Shown here: positions 53,336 to 54,587 of the stretch, in pieces | How the letters are laid out: every line of letters starts with the position of its first letter | Numbering within the stretch: position 1 is the stretch's first letter | Assembly (NCBI RefSeq): GCF_006345805.1 | Contig: NW_021826282.1 | Span: forward strand, 1-54,587 | DNA from: Octopus sinensis | Lineage: Eukaryota | Reading direction: 5' to 3' | DNA: 54,587 nucleotides | Notes under the pieces: model-generated | Told to the model about the DNA's origin: nothing | Database searches by the model: none | Seen by the model: only the letters and a program-made list of their open reading frames with translations | Made by a program: the position numbers and the translations under genes

Positions 53336-53745
53336 GCAACGAGGATATCTACAGGTAATGCAGTACGATCGTTTCATGCAACTCAAACGTGCAAGTGGCT
53401 GAGCACTCCCCAGACACATATACTCTTAACGTAGTTCCCACCAATATATATATATTGGTGCAGGTGTGGCTGTGTGAAGGCGCATGGATTAGTGGGTAGA
53501 GCATTCGGCTAAAGATCGTAAGGTCGTGAGTTCAATTCCCGGCCACGCGTTGTGTCCTTGAGCAAGACACTTTATTTCACGTTGCTCCAGTCCACTCAGC
53601 TGGCAAACATGAATAGTGCCTGTGCCACTCTGAATCTCCCCGGGAACTACGTTAAGAGTATATGTGTCTGTGGAGTGCTCAGCCACTTGCACGCCTGAGT
53701 TGCATGAAACAATCATACTGCATTACCTGTGGATATCCTCGTTGC
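53336..53745. repeat. Inverted repeat, 104-bp arms (53336-53439, 53642-53745)
   Basis: 6 mismatches in 104 positions, no indels. Confidence 0.95.
53478..53692 (+). mobile_element. tRNA-derived SINE family F, internally deleted and 3'-truncated
   Basis: AAGGCGCATGGATTAGTGGGTAGAGC (A box) ... GAGTTCAATTCCC (B box), then TTGTGTCCTTGAGCAAGACACTTTATTTCACGTTGCTCCAGTCCACTCAGC. Confidence 0.8.
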
Positions 53746-53779
53746 CAATACATACATATATATATATATATATATTGTT

Positions 53780-53965
53780 AATAATGTTAATATTTTATAA
53801 GTTTAAAGCTTATAAGCGTCACCGTGTATTGACTTAAAAAATAGTCTAATATTGGGGCATAGAAGCCCCCCACGGAAAAGAAAGTGAGTGGTTTCTCATA
53901 CGCATGGAACTCGAACCCATACCTCTATATATTCGCATTAAGTGTGCTACCATTACACTCACTTC
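53780..53965 (-). mobile_element. Short tRNA-headed SINE-like family D
   Basis: The minus strand reads GTGTAATGGTAGCAC (A box) ... GGGTTCGAGTTCC (B box), then a body with GGGC-N6-GCCC and AAGCTTTAAACTT hairpins and an ATT-rich end. Confidence 0.7.
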
Positions 53966-54067
53966 TTCCCGTTAGATTTGAGAATTATAATTTCATAGTC
54001 TTGTTTTTTAAACAATCGTGCGTTTTCTTCGATGATTTGAGAAGTGGTGACCAGTGACGATTCTATA

Positions 54068-54170
54068 AATAATAATAATTTTTTATAAGCTTAAAGCTTA
54101 TATATGATCACCGTGTATTGACTAAAGAAATAATCGAATATTGGGGCATATAAGCCCTTCACGGAAAAAT
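54068..54170 (-). mobile_element. Family D copy, headless
   Basis: AATAATAATAATTTTTTATAAGCTTAAAGCTTAT...GATCACCGTGTATTGACTAAAGAAATAATCGAATATTGGGGCATATAAGCCC. Confidence 0.7.
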
Positions 54171-54587
54171 AGAAACATACACACATATGTATATTTACAC
54201 ATACACGCACACATATGTATGTTTATATACACATGCACATACATGTATGTGCATTTATGAATACAGTTATATATGTGTGGAGAGACTTAGATAAATCAAT
54301 GTATCTACATACATAAAACTAAAATTTCTAACTTTTACCCCACTTGTACCTGTGTTCTATAACAAATCGAACCGCTATTATCCTTAAACATTCTTTTATA
54401 AGCCACACAACAGCACAAGAACATAATAAGTACAAGCTATCTTGATTAGTCAAAAAAGTTCAACTCAGAGGACCTGTGACGTCTCCCTGAATCCCCAAAG
54501 TAACAAATTTACTGGCGGAGTAAGCAAAACTCTCCCCTATTCCATTCTTTCCATTTTCAATCACCCTACCATTTTCGATCCCCTTTT

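Noticed and set aside
53900-53965. tRNA gene candidates (also the heads at 9121, 31653, 43545, 53478)
   Set aside because: A/B boxes are present, but no complete cloverleaf forms and each is fused to a repeat body or degenerate; these are SINE heads, not tRNA genes.

Overview
Repeat-saturated, AT-rich eukaryotic DNA. It is intergenic or intronic, and I can support no host protein-coding gene. The SINE families and the extreme microsatellite load resemble an octopod (Octopus-like) genome; this is pattern recognition, not a database result. Contents: one decayed, 5'-truncated R4/Dong-clade non-LTR retrotransposon (RT, CCHC and restriction-like endonuclease motifs, ~18.4-21.2 kb); fragments of RTE LINEs and a Tc1/mariner-type transposase; at least four tRNA-headed SINE-like families (called A, B, D, F here) and a ~500-bp (TAA)n-tailed repeat (C); and many micro/minisatellites, which produce nearly all ORFs in the supplied track. 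The most unusual signal is a set of local inverted duplications: 30 bp at 442, ~84 bp at 16.2 kb, 46 bp at 18.3/19.0 kb, ~440 bp at 41.9-43.2 kb, 34 bp at 48.9 kb and 104 bp at 53.3-53.7 kb. Most turn around inside a retroelement and three have short palindromes at or beside their junctions. They could supply dsRNA hairpins in a lineage known for heavy ADAR editing, but that is inference and no transcription is shown here. Coordinates and identities were counted by eye, and repeat boundaries are approximate.
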